Shown here one piece after another: positions 17,514 through 31,994 of a stretch of DNA of 64,000 nucleotides. The stretch is from Candidatus Latescibacterota bacterium (GTDB lineage: Bacteria; Latescibacterota; UBA2968; UBA8231): assembly GCA_965197905.1 (NCBI GenBank), contig CBDAOB010000004.1:160001-224000 (forward strand), read 5' to 3'. Positions within the stretch are counted from its first letter, which is position 1. Each line of letters begins with the position of its first letter. A program made the position numbers and the translations under genes. Below the pieces are notes generated by a model. The model worked only from the letters and a program-made list of their open reading frames with translations, searched no databases and was not told where the DNA came from.

Positions 17514-18701
17514 ATGAATCAAAACAAACTTGATCTACTGGATCTGCTGGCAACGTTAAACGCCGGTAAGCGCCTGATCCTGGGAAGCACGCTGGTTCTG
17601 TGTATTCTGGCCGGAGGAATCAGCTTCTTGCTGCCCAACGTGTACACTGCCGAGGTTCAGCTGCTGCCACCCAAAGAGCAGAAGAAGGGATTCGGGTTTG
17701 CCGATCTGCTTTCCGGCCTCCCCATACCGTCGCTGCACCTGGGCGAGAAGGGGACGCCGGCGGACATCTTTGTGGCGATCTTGAAGAGTCCCACCATGAG
17801 AAGGCGTTTGGTCCAGGATTTTGATCTGATGGGTGTCTACGAGGCGGATCTGATCACCGATGCGATCGAAATACTTAAAGATAATACCGATATCGGCAAG
17901 AGCGAACAGGGCACGATTCTGATAAAAGTGGCGGACCGCGATCCCCGGAGAGCGACCGACATGGCGAACCACTACGTGGTGCTGCTGGACAGTACCAACA
18001 AGAGTTTTACGCAATCCTCTGCTCAGGAGCGTTACGACTTCATCCAGAAGCTGATTCGCCGAGAGGAGGAGAAGCTCGACAAAGCCATGGATGAGCTGCA
18101 GCGATTCCAGGCGGAACACAACGCCATCTCCATCGAAGAGCAGGCAAGATCGGTTATTCGCGCTGCCGCCGAGATGCAGATGGCGGCTATGGAACTTTTG
18201 ATCGGCCGCAACAGCCTGCTGCTTTCCGGCTTTTCCATGACCCATCCCCAGGTCCAGAAACTGGAGCAGGAGTTTAACCTTCGTCAGGAAGCGCTGGCGT
18301 TTCTGCGCGACGGCGCCAACGATTCGAAAGACGTCAGAAGCAAGATTGCCGCGGAACTGCAGTTGGAGGAAAACCTGTTCCTGCCGCTGCGGGACATCCC
18401 CGAGGTCGCCCAACAGTTTGCCCTCGTCGAGAAGGATGTCCTCGTCCAGGCGGCGCTCCTAAAGCTGCTGTTGGAGCAGGAAGCGGAAGCTCTCATCGAG
18501 GCCAGCAACACTACCTCGACGGTGCAGGTGCTGGATCCAGCTACGGTCCCGGAAGAGAAATCCCATCCGAGCCGCATGTTGATCGTTTTCATCACTGCCA
18601 TTCTGAGTCTATTGGCCACCACGTTCTACCTTTTCGGTGCGGTTTATATGCAGAGCCTAAAGGCGCGCTGGCGGGCAGATTACCAGGGAGAACGGTCCTA
18701 G
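17514..18701 (+). CDS. polysaccharide chain-length determinant (Wzz/GumC family)
   Basis: N-terminal TM then YTAEVQLLPP, central coiled coil, VQVLDPATVPEEKSHP then C-terminal TM. Confidence 0.88.
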   Translation: MNQNKLDLLDLLATLNAGKRLILGSTLVLCILAGGISFLLPNVYTAEVQLLPPKEQKKGFGFADLLSGLPIPSLHLGEKGTPADIFVAILKSPTMRRRLVQDFDLMGVYEADLITDAIEILKDNTDIGKSEQGTILIKVADRDPRRATDMANHYVVLLDSTNKSFTQSSAQERYDFIQKLIRREEEKLDKAMDELQRFQAEHNAISIEEQARSVIRAAAEMQMAAMELLIGRNSLLLSGFSMTHPQVQKLEQEFNLRQEALAFLRDGANDSKDVRSKIAAELQLEENLFLPLRDIPEVAQQFALVEKDVLVQAALLKLLLEQEAEALIEASNTTSTVQVLDPATVPEEKSHPSRMLIVFITAILSLLATTFYLFGAVYMQSLKARWRADYQGERS

Positions 18702-18705
18702 GCCG

Positions 18706-19149
18706 GTGCAAGACATACGCGTACTGCTAACACGGGCGAGCGAGAATCCGGTGCCGGCCTACGAAACGATTGATAGCGCCGGTATGGATCTCCGGGCACA
18801 TCTAGCGGCACCGCTGAAGATTGGTCCTGGAGAACGGGCACTGATTCCCACCGGACTGCACATGGAGATTCCCCGCGGTTACGAGGGACAGGTGCGACCG
18901 CGCAGCGGTTTGGCGCTCAAGCGTGGGCTCACCGTGCTCAACGCCCCAGGAACCATAGATGCCGATTACCGTGGCGAGGTGGGTGTCATTCTGATCAACC
19001 ACTCGGCAGAACCTCAGTCCATCGAGCACGGCGATCGGATCGCCCAACTGGTGATCGCGGCTGTAGTTCAGGCGGAGATGCTGGAAGTGGACAAACTGGC
19101 TGACACCGACCGTGGCGTGGGAGGATTCGGATCGACGGGACAACGGTGA
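18706..19149 (+). CDS. dut: dUTP diphosphatase
   Basis: SAGMDL, RPRSGLA, GTIDADYRGE, RIAQL, RGVGGFGSTG. Confidence 0.97.
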   Translation: MQDIRVLLTRASENPVPAYETIDSAGMDLRAHLAAPLKIGPGERALIPTGLHMEIPRGYEGQVRPRSGLALKRGLTVLNAPGTIDADYRGEVGVILINHSAEPQSIEHGDRIAQLVIAAVVQAEMLEVDKLADTDRGVGGFGSTGQR

Positions 19150-20875
19150 AGCGCTGTTTCTCAAAAAAATATCTGCTCGCCCTGGGCGCGGTTCTGCCGG
19201 TGTCGATCGGACCGTTATTCGCCGCTGACATAAGTGGATTCGTGCGCGACCAAAGCAACGGCGAAAGCCTGCCTTTTGTCAGCGTTTACCTCCAGGGAGA
19301 ACAGCACGGCGGAATCAGCAACGAGAGTGGCTACTATGCGATAACGAGGATCCCGCCGGGACGTTACACCATGGCGGCTTCGATGGTCGGATACAAGACC
19401 TTCAAGAAGGAAGTCGATCTGGGCACCGGCGACCTGGTGCTCGACCTGCTGCTCTCCGAAGAAGCGATCGAGTTGGAGACGGTGGTCGTCGAAGCGGAGC
19501 GGGAGGAGATAGAGAGCTTCGATATCAGCCCGGGGCGAACGGTCCTGCAGGTGAAGGAGCTCAAGGCGGCTCCCGCAGCGATAGAAGCCGACCCGATTCG
19601 CACGATTCAAACCTTGCCCGGGGTGGCGGCGCTCTCTGATTTTTCGGTCGGTCTCTATGTCCGCGGGGGAACACCCGACCAGAATCTCGTGCTGCTGGAC
19701 GGCACCGACGTCTACAACGCCTCCCATCTCTTCGGCCTGTTCAGCACCTTTCCCGCCGATGCGGCGAAAAGCACCGAGCTGTTGCGCGGTGGGTTTCCGG
19801 CGAAATACGGCGGCCGTCTCTCTTCGGTCTTGAACGTACTAACGGATGAGGGCAACAAGCAGAAATTCGAGGCCGAAGGCGGGGTCAGTCTTCTCAGCTC
19901 GCGACTGACGGTGCAAGGTCCGGCGGGCAAGGGATCGTGGCTCGTTTCCGGTCGGCGCACCCATCTGGACCCGCTGCTCTCCTACGCCGAGGGGCAGTCC
20001 GACGATCTGGCCAATCTCACCTACAACTTCTTCGACCTTCAGGGAAAAACCCACCAGATCCTGTCCCATAACGATCAGCTGACCGTGGCGGGATACGCCG
20101 GCCGCGACAATCTCAACATTCGTATTCTCGAATTCGAGCCTTGGCGGATTCAACCGCCGGGCCCAGTGCCGCCAACCACTTCATCGCGGGGCTCGAGACC
20201 GAACGGTTCGGATTGAACTTCGATGTGGAGCTCTACTACAAGGACTACGAAGAGCTCTACGAGCTGAACTACGACGAGCAGAACTCCACCGAGATCGGAG
20301 ATATTCTGCGACGGGGGGACGGCGAGGCGTACGGATTCGACGCGCTGATCAAAAAGAGAGCCGGAAAACAGACCGGTTGGGTCTCTTTTTCGGTAGGTTT
20401 GAGCGAACGCACAATCGAGGGGCTGAACCGGAACGCCACGGGAGTGGAGAAGCCGTTCAAATCGAAATTCGATCGCAGATTCTCGCTCAACATAGTGCAT
20501 TCGTGGCGGCTTGGCCGGCTGTGGGCGCTCAACAGCAGATTCGCGCTCGCCTCAGGCCAGCCTTACACCCAGGTCCTTGGTCGCGGGGAGTTGGAAGTGC
20601 CCTCCGGTTTTCGTTACACCTTCCAGGACAAAGGCGACTTGAACGGCGTTCGGCTCCCCGACTACCGGCGCCTGGACATCTCGCTTCAGCGTCGCTTCGA
20701 ATTCCAAAATTGGGGAATGAAACTCTACCTGCAGGCGGTAAACGTCACGAACCATGAGAACATCTTCAATTACTACTGGAGTGAAGGCAATATCGAAAAA
20801 CGCAAGCCCGGGAAGCGACGGGAGATCTCCATGTTGCCGCTGCTGCCGAGTCTTGGTGTGGACTTCAAATTTTGA
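19146..20875 (+). pseudogene. TonB-dependent receptor with a frameshift and probable internal deletion near 20120-20145
   Basis: N-terminal carboxypeptidase-regulatory-like and plug domains (VRGGTPDQN, GGFPAKYGGRLSS). C-terminal barrel in another frame (RLPDYRRLD...GVDFKF). The central barrel strands appear to be missing. Confidence 0.8.
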
Positions 20876-20885
20876 GAGGCCATCG

Positions 20886-22016
20886 ATGATGGGTCGCCTA
20901 ACACCGTTGCTTCTTATGTGCACGATTTTTTCGGCGTGCAGCAAGCCGAATGAAGTCGAAAACGCGGACCAAACGGTTGTTGTCGAAGCCTACCTTACAC
21001 CGGGGCGCGACCCGCTGGTGAAGTTGCGCAACACCCTGCCGCCAGAGCAGTTCTTCGAGGGGCTCGAGGATACCCTCGCGGAGGCTGAGGTGAGAATCCT
21101 GGTGGACGATCAGACCTTTGTCCTGTCCGAAATGCCGGCGGGTTCGGGGTTGTATTCCATTTCGTCCTCCACGCTGCCTATCGAGTCCGGAAAGACCTAC
21201 GCCCTAGAAGTTGATTCTCCGGATTCCCCTCAGGTGCGCGCCCGGACGACCGTTCCGTTCACCGCTGAGGTGACCGTCGTCGTTGGAGACACCATTACCT
21301 ACCAGCAGTCCTTTTCGGAAGGATTTGGCAATCTGCAGCATCCGGGGGAATTTTTCTGGAACAAGAGCGAAAATGCGGCAGGTTACGTTATCATCGTGGA
21401 AGCGGTGGAGGTCAGGTCGCTGCCGATTTCAGCCGAGCCGCTCACCGCCGATCTCGATAGTCTGGTTGCCCTCAGGGAACGACTGGAGGGTTTGGCGAGC
21501 GCCGATTCCCTGGCGGCGTTGGATCGGCAGATCGAAGCGTTGCGGCGGTTTTTTGATGAAAACATTTCGTTGGTGCGCGCCAACGGCGACACCATCCGCT
21601 GGCTACGCGACCGGCAACAGGAGGATTGGGACGATATCGAGGGTAAAAACTCGACGGAGGGTAAGAAGTGGAGGGATCGGCGTGGCCATCTGTTTAGTCA
21701 GCGCAAGATCGACTACTGGGTTCCGGTAGACACGCTGCGCAGCGACTTCTGGTGGTTGGGGGTTCGGTTCGAAGGCGAATACCAGGTCCGACTGCAGTCG
21801 GTTGACCAGAACTATTTCGACTATTTTTCGACTTTTTTCAACGGCGAATCGGGCAACGACGGCGACAACGGCCCGGTGTTCCACGTGGAGGGTGGATTGG
21901 GCGTGTTCGGCTCTTATGCTGAAGACAGCTTCCGCGTCTGGACTCGCAGGGGAGAGAATGGACTAACGATGAAGATCGTGACGGAAGAGGCTGCGGATCG
22001 GGCTAACCGCCGCTGA
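20886..22016 (+). CDS. DUF4249-like lipoprotein, partner of the TonB-dependent receptor
   Basis: Lipobox FSAC, VVVEAYL, GKTYALEV, C-terminal HVEGGLGVFGSY. Confidence 0.75.
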   Translation: MMGRLTPLLLMCTIFSACSKPNEVENADQTVVVEAYLTPGRDPLVKLRNTLPPEQFFEGLEDTLAEAEVRILVDDQTFVLSEMPAGSGLYSISSSTLPIESGKTYALEVDSPDSPQVRARTTVPFTAEVTVVVGDTITYQQSFSEGFGNLQHPGEFFWNKSENAAGYVIIVEAVEVRSLPISAEPLTADLDSLVALRERLEGLASADSLAALDRQIEALRRFFDENISLVRANGDTIRWLRDRQQEDWDDIEGKNSTEGKKWRDRRGHLFSQRKIDYWVPVDTLRSDFWWLGVRFEGEYQVRLQSVDQNYFDYFSTFFNGESGNDGDNGPVFHVEGGLGVFGSYAEDSFRVWTRRGENGLTMKIVTEEAADRANRR

Positions 22017-22266
22017 TAGCTGGAAGGAAGTGAACCTCGCTGTTACTGGGAACCTTGCGTCTCATGCCCTCGTTGTTGACCTCTCCGTCTACCGCCACGG
22101 CCATCCCTGGTTTCAAACGATCATCCTCGCATAACCTGTCTTTGAAACCGGGATACGTTGCTTCCAGCTCTTCGATGATCTGGCGCACCGTCTCACCTTC
22201 AACCTCAACCTGGGCGTTCCCACCGGTAAGTTTCTGCATAAGCGAGGGTACCCAGACCGTCGGCAT
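22003..22266 (-). CDS. MoaD/ThiS-family sulfur carrier protein
   Basis: Beta-grasp size, ends LPAISGG. Confidence 0.9.
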   Translation of the reverse strand: MPTVWVPSLMQKLTGGNAQVEVEGETVRQIIEELEATYPGFKDRLCEDDRLKPGMAVAVDGEVNNEGMRRKVPSNSEVHFLPAISGG

Positions 22267-22270
22267 CTCA

Positions 22271-24565
22271 TTATCCGGCTGCGATAGCCTCCGTGGTTTG
22301 CTTCTGCTGCAACGCTGCAAGAAGGCGATCCGGCCGCATCGGCAGTTCGTCTAGGTGCACGCCCACAGCATCGTTGATTGCGTTGCAAACGGCAGCCGGC
22401 GGCGGAACGATGTTCGCCTCTCCCACTCCCCGAACCCCGAACGGATGAGTCGGGTTGGGCACCTCCACGATAACCGTCTCGATCATCGGCAGATCCAAAG
22501 AGGTGGGAATGCGGTAGTCGAGAAAGGTAGAGTTGACCATGATGCCTTCCTCGTTGTAGAAGTACTCTTCATTCAGCGCCCAACCGATGCCCTGCACCGA
22601 CCCCCCCTGCATTTGACCCTCAACGTAGCTCGGATGGATCGCCGTGCCCGCGTCCTGAATAGCGGTGAATCGGATGATAGAGGTCTTGCCGGTTTCCGGA
22701 TCTACTTCCACGTCGGCGATGTTGGCGGCAAACGATCCGCCGGCGGTCAGGAAACCTGAGTCCACCGTGCCGTTCCCGACCACGGGGCCGCCGGTCTCTT
22801 CCAGCTCGCCCGCAAGTTCCTTGAAGTTGAGTTTCTTGCTCGAATCGCTCTTGTGCGTGAACAGCCCATCACGAAATTCGACCTCGTCTTCTCCGGCCTC
22901 CCATAACTTCGCCGCACGCTCCAGCATCTGCCGCTTGACGTCGTGAGCGGCGTTGTAGGCCGCCCAGCCGGTGGCGTAGGTCGTCCGGCTTCCTCCAGTG
23001 ACGTCGGTATAGCCGACCGAGCTCGTATCAGCCACTTGAGGGATGATATCCTCCGATTCCAGGCCCAAAACCTCGGCGAACTGCATGGAGATGGAGGTCC
23101 GGGTGCCGCCGATGTCCGTCGAACCCTCCACCAGATTCACTGAACCATCCTTGTTGACGCTGGCGGAAACTGCAGACTTGAGCCCCACGTTGAACCAGTA
23201 TCCCACGGCGATGCCGCGGCCCTGGTTCTTGCCCAGCGGGGCTTTATAATGATCGCTGTCGCGGATAACCTCCAGGGCCTCCACACATCCGATTCTCGAA
23301 TAGACGATCCCGTCAACCCGTCGGGTGCCCTCCTTCGCAGCATTCTTGAGGCGAATCTCCAACGGATCCATGTCCAGCTTCGCCGCCAGCTCGTCCATGA
23401 CGGTCTCGGTGGCAAAGGCGACCTGGGTCGACACCGGTGCCCGGTAGGCAAAACTGCGCGGTTTGTTGACGACCACGTCGTAACCGTCGATGGTGCCGTT
23501 GGGCACGTCGTAGCAAGAGAGCACGCACATGACACCGCAATTGAAGGGTGACCCGGGATAGGCGCCAGATTCGATGGCGAGATACGCTTCGGCGGCTACA
23601 ATCTTGCCTTCTCGATCCGCACCTATCTTTACGCGCACGTATGACCCGGGTGTGGGACCTGTGCCTTCGAAGACATCCGCCCGCGTCATGATCAACTTGA
23701 CGGGATGACCGGTTTTGCGCGACAACACGGCGGCAGGCGGTTCCAGGTAAACCGGTATCTTACCACCGAATCCGCCCCCGATCTCCGCAGGAATTACCTT
23801 GATCTTCGACACCGGATGACCGAGGATCGCGCCGGTCTGCTTCTGGGCGACGAACGCCCCCTGTGTGCTGGTCCAGATGGTCAGCTGGCCATCCGGATTC
23901 CACATGGCCGTGGCGTTGTGAGGTTCGATGTACCCCTGGTGGACCGTTGCCGATTCCACCTCCCGTTCGGCGATCACGTGCGCTTGGGCGAATGCCGTGC
24001 CCGGATCACCCAATTTGTGATGGATGTGCTGCGCTACGTTGCTCTTCTTCCCGGTGTCCTCATCCCCCTCCTTTGTGGTGAGGTCCTCGTGCACCAACGT
24101 CGCTCCCTCCTTCATCGCATCGTGCACGTTGACCACCGGCGGCAGCACCTCGTAATCCACCTCGATCAGGGAAACGGCTTCGTCGGCGATATGGGGGTTG
24201 ATGGCGGCGACCGCGGCGATGGCGTGGCCACGGTAGAGCGCCTTGTCGGAAGCGAGGACATTGTCCCGCATGAATTTAAGCCGCGCCGGTCCCTCGCCCA
24301 GGTCGACAATCTCCTCCCCCTGTATGGGCGGCAGGTCGGCATTGGTGACCACCGCCTTAACTCCGGCAAGGGCTTCGGCTTTACCGGTGTTGATTGACTT
24401 GATCCTCGCATGGGCATGGGGACTACGCAAGACGGCCCCATACAGCATGTTGGTCAAACGAACATCACCGCCGTAGACCGCCCTTCCAGTCACCTTGTCG
24501 GCGCCGTCGTGTCGAAGAGGCCGCGTCCCGATAACCTTGTATTTGCCGTTTCCGTTGTTTGGCAT
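22271..24565 (-). CDS. xanthine dehydrogenase-family molybdopterin-binding large subunit
   Basis: KVTGRAVY, LRSPHAHA, GGGFGGK, AYRAP, EGQMQG, RGVGE; RBS AAGGAGG before ATG 24565. Confidence 0.93.
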   Translation of the reverse strand: MPNNGNGKYKVIGTRPLRHDGADKVTGRAVYGGDVRLTNMLYGAVLRSPHAHARIKSINTGKAEALAGVKAVVTNADLPPIQGEEIVDLGEGPARLKFMRDNVLASDKALYRGHAIAAVAAINPHIADEAVSLIEVDYEVLPPVVNVHDAMKEGATLVHEDLTTKEGDEDTGKKSNVAQHIHHKLGDPGTAFAQAHVIAEREVESATVHQGYIEPHNATAMWNPDGQLTIWTSTQGAFVAQKQTGAILGHPVSKIKVIPAEIGGGFGGKIPVYLEPPAAVLSRKTGHPVKLIMTRADVFEGTGPTPGSYVRVKIGADREGKIVAAEAYLAIESGAYPGSPFNCGVMCVLSCYDVPNGTIDGYDVVVNKPRSFAYRAPVSTQVAFATETVMDELAAKLDMDPLEIRLKNAAKEGTRRVDGIVYSRIGCVEALEVIRDSDHYKAPLGKNQGRGIAVGYWFNVGLKSAVSASVNKDGSVNLVEGSTDIGGTRTSISMQFAEVLGLESEDIIPQVADTSSVGYTDVTGGSRTTYATGWAAYNAAHDVKRQMLERAAKLWEAGEDEVEFRDGLFTHKSDSSKKLNFKELAGELEETGGPVVGNGTVDSGFLTAGGSFAANIADVEVDPETGKTSIIRFTAIQDAGTAIHPSYVEGQMQGGSVQGIGWALNEEYFYNEEGIMVNSTFLDYRIPTSLDLPMIETVIVEVPNPTHPFGVRGVGEANIVPPPAAVCNAINDAVGVHLDELPMRPDRLLAALQQKQTTEAIAAG

Positions 24566-24625
24566 GTTCTCCTCCTTGCTCACAGTCGTTCCGTTGGGAG
24601 ATGGATCGGTATTCGCGTCGTCGGC

Positions 24626-25090
24626 TCAAGCTTGAGCTGCATCGAGCACCGCCCGGACGATCTTGTCATAACCGGTGCAGCGGCAAAGATTGCCCGCCAG
24701 CCAATGGCGGACATCGTGCTCGGTGGGATCGGGTTTGTGGTCGAGCAGCGCCTTGGAGGCCACGAGAAATCCGGGCGTGCAAATGCCGCATTGAAGTCCG
24801 GCATGCTCGAGAAACTTCTGTTGTAGGGGTATTAGTCCATCGGGCGTGGCCAGGCCTTCGACCGTCGTGATTTCACTGCCCTCCGCCTCCACTCCAAGGA
24901 CGAGACAGGTGTCGACGATTACTCCATCCATGATGGCGGTACAGGCGCCACAGTTGCCGTCGTTGCACCCTTCCTTTGTGCCGGTGAATCCCAGTTCTTC
25001 ACGCAGCACCTCAAGCAGGCTTTGCCGGGATTCACAGAGGAACTCCACCTCTTCTCCGTTGATCTTTGTGTGAACGTGCAGTTTGCTCAT
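24626..25090 (-). CDS. (2Fe-2S)-binding small subunit (CoxS-like)
   Basis: GCNDGNCGACT, QCGICTPG, NLCRCTGY. Confidence 0.95.
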   Translation of the reverse strand: MSKLHVHTKINGEEVEFLCESRQSLLEVLREELGFTGTKEGCNDGNCGACTAIMDGVIVDTCLVLGVEAEGSEITTVEGLATPDGLIPLQQKFLEHAGLQCGICTPGFLVASKALLDHKPDPTEHDVRHWLAGNLCRCTGYDKIVRAVLDAAQA

Positions 25091-25108
25091 TGCTTGCTCC
25101 AGTCCTGG

Positions 25109-26020
25109 TCAGTTGCTAGTCGGCTCTTGCACGGCGTTCGGTACGAATTCACCCCGAGCCCTGCGCACGGCGCCACTCAACGCTCTTTTGGTGAGAACCC
25201 CTACCAGATGGGTTCTGTATTCTGCAGTGCCACGCATGTCGGATATCGGTCGGGCGGCGGACTTCGCGGCCTCGCCCGCCTGCTCGATCGCCTCATCGCT
25301 CACGGCGCGGCCCACGAGCAGATTCGCCGCTTCCTCTGCCACTACTGGGGTCGGCGCCACCGCCGCCAAGGCGATGCGGACGGTTTTGAAGTCCTTCTTC
25401 CGGTTCGCCAACTCCACGTAGGCGCCGGCGCCTACGACGGCGATATCCATCTCGTTCCGCGGAATAAAACGCAGGTAATGGGCGCCGGAAAACTTGCGAA
25501 CTGGCGGAAAGGTCACCGCCACGAGGAGCTCCCCCGGAGTCAGAATGTTCGTTCCCGGCCCGGTGCAGAACTCGGCGACCGGAACCTGGCGTTTTCCATT
25601 GGGACCTACGATCTCACAGGTGGCGCCGTATGCGATCATGGTGGGCGTGCTGTCGGCGCTGGGCGACGAATTGCACAGGTTTCCGCCAATGGTCGCCCGT
25701 CCTTGAATCTGAATGCCACCAATGATGGATGCCGAGTCGATCAGGCCTGGGTACCGTTCCACCACCTCAGGATCGTTGTAGAGGCGCCAGCATGGCACGG
25801 CCGCGCCCACGCGCAACCCGCGTTTGGGACCGTACGACAACTCGTTGACCTCTGGAATTTTCTTGACATCTACAACCCGTTCGGGTTGTAGGCGTTTAAT
25901 CCTCATCTGGACGATGAGATCGGTTCCTCCGGCGAGGACCCGGGCATTGCCGTTTTTCTCGGAAAGCTGGGCGATGGCCTCGCGGAGCGTTTTGGGGGTG
26001 ACGTACTCGAAGTCTTTCAA
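25109..26020 (-). CDS. FAD-binding medium subunit (CoxM-like)
   Basis: LAGGTDL, ATIGGNLCNSSPSAD, PISDMRGTAEYR. Confidence 0.93.
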   Translation of the reverse strand: MKDFEYVTPKTLREAIAQLSEKNGNARVLAGGTDLIVQMRIKRLQPERVVDVKKIPEVNELSYGPKRGLRVGAAVPCWRLYNDPEVVERYPGLIDSASIIGGIQIQGRATIGGNLCNSSPSADSTPTMIAYGATCEIVGPNGKRQVPVAEFCTGPGTNILTPGELLVAVTFPPVRKFSGAHYLRFIPRNEMDIAVVGAGAYVELANRKKDFKTVRIALAAVAPTPVVAEEAANLLVGRAVSDEAIEQAGEAAKSAARPISDMRGTAEYRTHLVGVLTKRALSGAVRRARGEFVPNAVQEPTSN

Positions 26021-26120
26021 GAAGTACCCGCTCTCGCTGCGTGGTTGAAGGGACTATTATAGGTTCGAAAAATGCAGCCTAAATAAGCTCAGCCAAGGGG
26101 GAGGTGTCAAGGGTTGGAGC

Positions 26121-29329
<3,209 letters not shown>

Positions 29330-29333
<4 letters not shown>

Positions 29334-30565
29334 AGAGCGGACTCCTCCGCCACGCGAACCTTCATTCCGTTGGTCACGGCGGTCAATTGGGAAACCACAA
29401 TCTTCTCACCCGGCTCCATGTCGATGCGCACGAGCATCTCTTCCTTGCTTGCGTGAGCTACCTGAACCGGACGTACGCGCAGGATCTGGCCCCCATCCAC
29501 CACCCAGACCAGGTTCCCAGGTCGCACCGCGCGGCGCGGTACGCGACGGACGTCGTCCACCTCTCGTCCCAGTATCTGGACGTCCACGAACATGCCAACG
29601 ATCAGCGGGGCAGAGTAGCTATCGTCGTACGGACGATCTATCTCAGCCACCAGGTGTACCATTCGACTCCTGGGATCCAGCTCCCCCTCGGCCCTTATCA
29701 AGCGCCCGTCCCATCGGTGCTCCTCGCCGGCGTACCAACCAGCAATGATTACATCGCTGCCGGTGTCGCCGACGGCGCCGACCGACGCCACCTCTGAGGT
29801 AGCATCGCCGAGCAGGCGCGATCTCCCCTCGCTGTGGGTTTTGGTTGGCACCTCGAACCAGGCCAGGTCCTCGTCCGGCACCGGCAACACGATTTCCGCC
29901 TTCTCGATGCTGTAGAGCTGTGCCACCGCCTGGCCGGTATTTACGAATTGGCCGGCATCTATGCGGCTGCTCCGCACGCGCCCATCGAAGGGTGCTTTGA
30001 GCCGGGTGCGCTGCAGTCGCAAACGCGCTTCCGCCAGCCGCGCCATGGCCGCTTTCAGGTCTGCCTCCGCTGCATGCAGCTGCGGCAGACGGAAGACCAG
30101 CGGGTTTGCGGCTTCCAGCGGTGCGTCGCCGTTTGTCGACAGCCGTTCCCACTCACGGCGCGCAACCTCCGATTCCTCTTTGGCGATGGCGAGGCGATAC
30201 TGGCTCTGGGCGACCTCCGCCTCTGAACGCTGCAGGGCGAGCTCGTACTCCTCCGGGTCTATCTGGACGAGAAGATCTCCTTTGGAGAAAAAGCCCCCCG
30301 CCTCCAACGCGTCGGACTTCCAAACCGCGACACCCGACACCTGGGGCACCAGATCGATCTGAGCGCTTGGTCGCACAGTGCCCTGGGCTTCGACGGTGAC
30401 ACGAACCGAAACCGCCGGAAATTTCAGGGCTTCCACCAACGGTCCGCTGTAGGCGCGGTCCACCCTCGCAGGTGCCTCGCTCATCGACAGCAAGAGTCGA
30501 AACACGACAAATCCCAGTATGAGAATACCCAAGGGCAACGCCCCCAACCGCACGATTCGTCTCAT
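29330..30565 (-). CDS. RND periplasmic adaptor (membrane fusion protein)
   Basis: N-terminal TM, LVPQVSG, coiled hairpin, LKAPFDGRV, GMFVDVQI. Confidence 0.92.
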
Positions 30566-31994
30566 TCGGTTGACACCGGGGGTGCGTCTGCGAGGGAATC
30601 GAAGTCGCCTCCAAGGGCTAGGTGGAGATCGATGCGAGCGTCAATTTTTCTGCCGGCGTACCAGCAAGAGCTGACTATCGGCGTTGAACGCTCGGCGTTG
30701 TGCCTCCAACAGCGTCGTCATATCCTCCAGCCCTTGTCGATACCGTTCGGCTGCCAGCGTGTGGCCGGCCCCCGCCTCCGCCGCGGCCGAGCGCAACGAC
30801 ACTTCCTGCCGGGCGAGAAAATGCTCGGCGGCGAGGGCGGCTTCCACCTCACCGAAGGCGCGCAGAGCACTCTGCACAAACCGTATCAACGCCTGCTCTG
30901 AAGTGGCGCTTGCGAGGTCGACGCCTGCCCGTAGGCGGCCTCCCTGGAACAGGGGTTGGGTCAGGTTCGACACCAGATTCCAGACGGCGAAATCACCATC
31001 CAACAGATCCTTAAGCTCACTGCTCGAGCGTCCCCCGGAGGCGGTGAGACCGAGCCTGGGGTACAGCGCTCGACGGGCTTCCGTCACCCGGGCTCCCGCG
31101 GCGGCCAACCGTCTTTCCGCGGCGATCAGGTCCGGACGCCGGGAAATCAGGTCCGCCGGCAATCCTGCGGGGACCGCGGGCGGCAGCGACGGGAGGACTT
31201 CTCCAGTCCTGATGGTAGCCGAGGGATAACGCCCCAGAAGCAGTTCGAGCTGTCGCAATGCGGCGTCCCGCGCGCGCAGACGTTGCTGCAGCACCGCGGC
31301 GGCGGTCGCTTCGTTTGAGAGCGCCAGTCGTAGGTCGAGGGAGGGTCGCAGGCCGCGGCTGTAACGTTCGCGAATCTGTTCCGTGGCAAGGCGGAGATTT
31401 TCGACCGTGGACTCCGACAAGTGCACCTGTCCATTAGACTCAAGAGCGGCAAAAAAAACTCGAGCGGTTTGCGCAACCAGAGACAGGCGGGCCGCTTCCA
31501 TGTCTGCCAGGCTAGGCTTGAAGGTCGGCCAGCGCAGCTGACTTCCCTGCGCGAAGCCGGCCCCATAGATCGAGCTCCCAGCTCAAGTTGAGCGCAGCGC
31601 CATAGGTGCTGGTAGTCGAGCTCGGAACCTCGGTGCCGGCCCCTGGTATGGGAAAGCCGATAAAGTTCTGACGCCGGCGTGAGCCGTCGGCGTGGGCGCT
31701 CAAGTGAGGCAACAGGGCCGCTCCAGCGATGCGCGCCAGGGCTCCCGCGGCCTCGACGCGGGTTGCGGCAACCTGAAGGTCGTGATTTTGCTCGAGGGCT
31801 TCGGAGACATACGTGGCCAACACCGTGTCCCCAAAGGCCATCCACCAGTTGCCGGTTGCCGCGGTTGGTGCCGTGTCGCTTCCAGCCGCTGACCATTGTG
31901 CCGGGGGGTCCAGATTGAGAACGGGGATCGCCACCCTTGGAGCTGAACCGCAGGCCAGAAAGAGACAGGCGAGGACGGGATGAATCGTTTTCAC
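30562..31994 (-). pseudogene. outer membrane efflux lipoprotein (OprM/NodT family) with two single-base frameshifts
   Basis: Lipobox FLAC, SWELDLWG, RRPDL. An extra T near 31514 (GCC-T-AGC) and an extra A in an A5 run near 30645; removing both gives ...LQASLADMEAAR... and ...QKIDARIDLHLALGG, with the stop overlapping the MFP start. Confidence 0.88.

Noticed and set aside
31512..31514. TAG readthrough (pyrrolysine) in the outer membrane factor
   Set aside because: The downstream coding sequence is in a different frame, so this is a 1-bp insertion rather than an in-frame stop.
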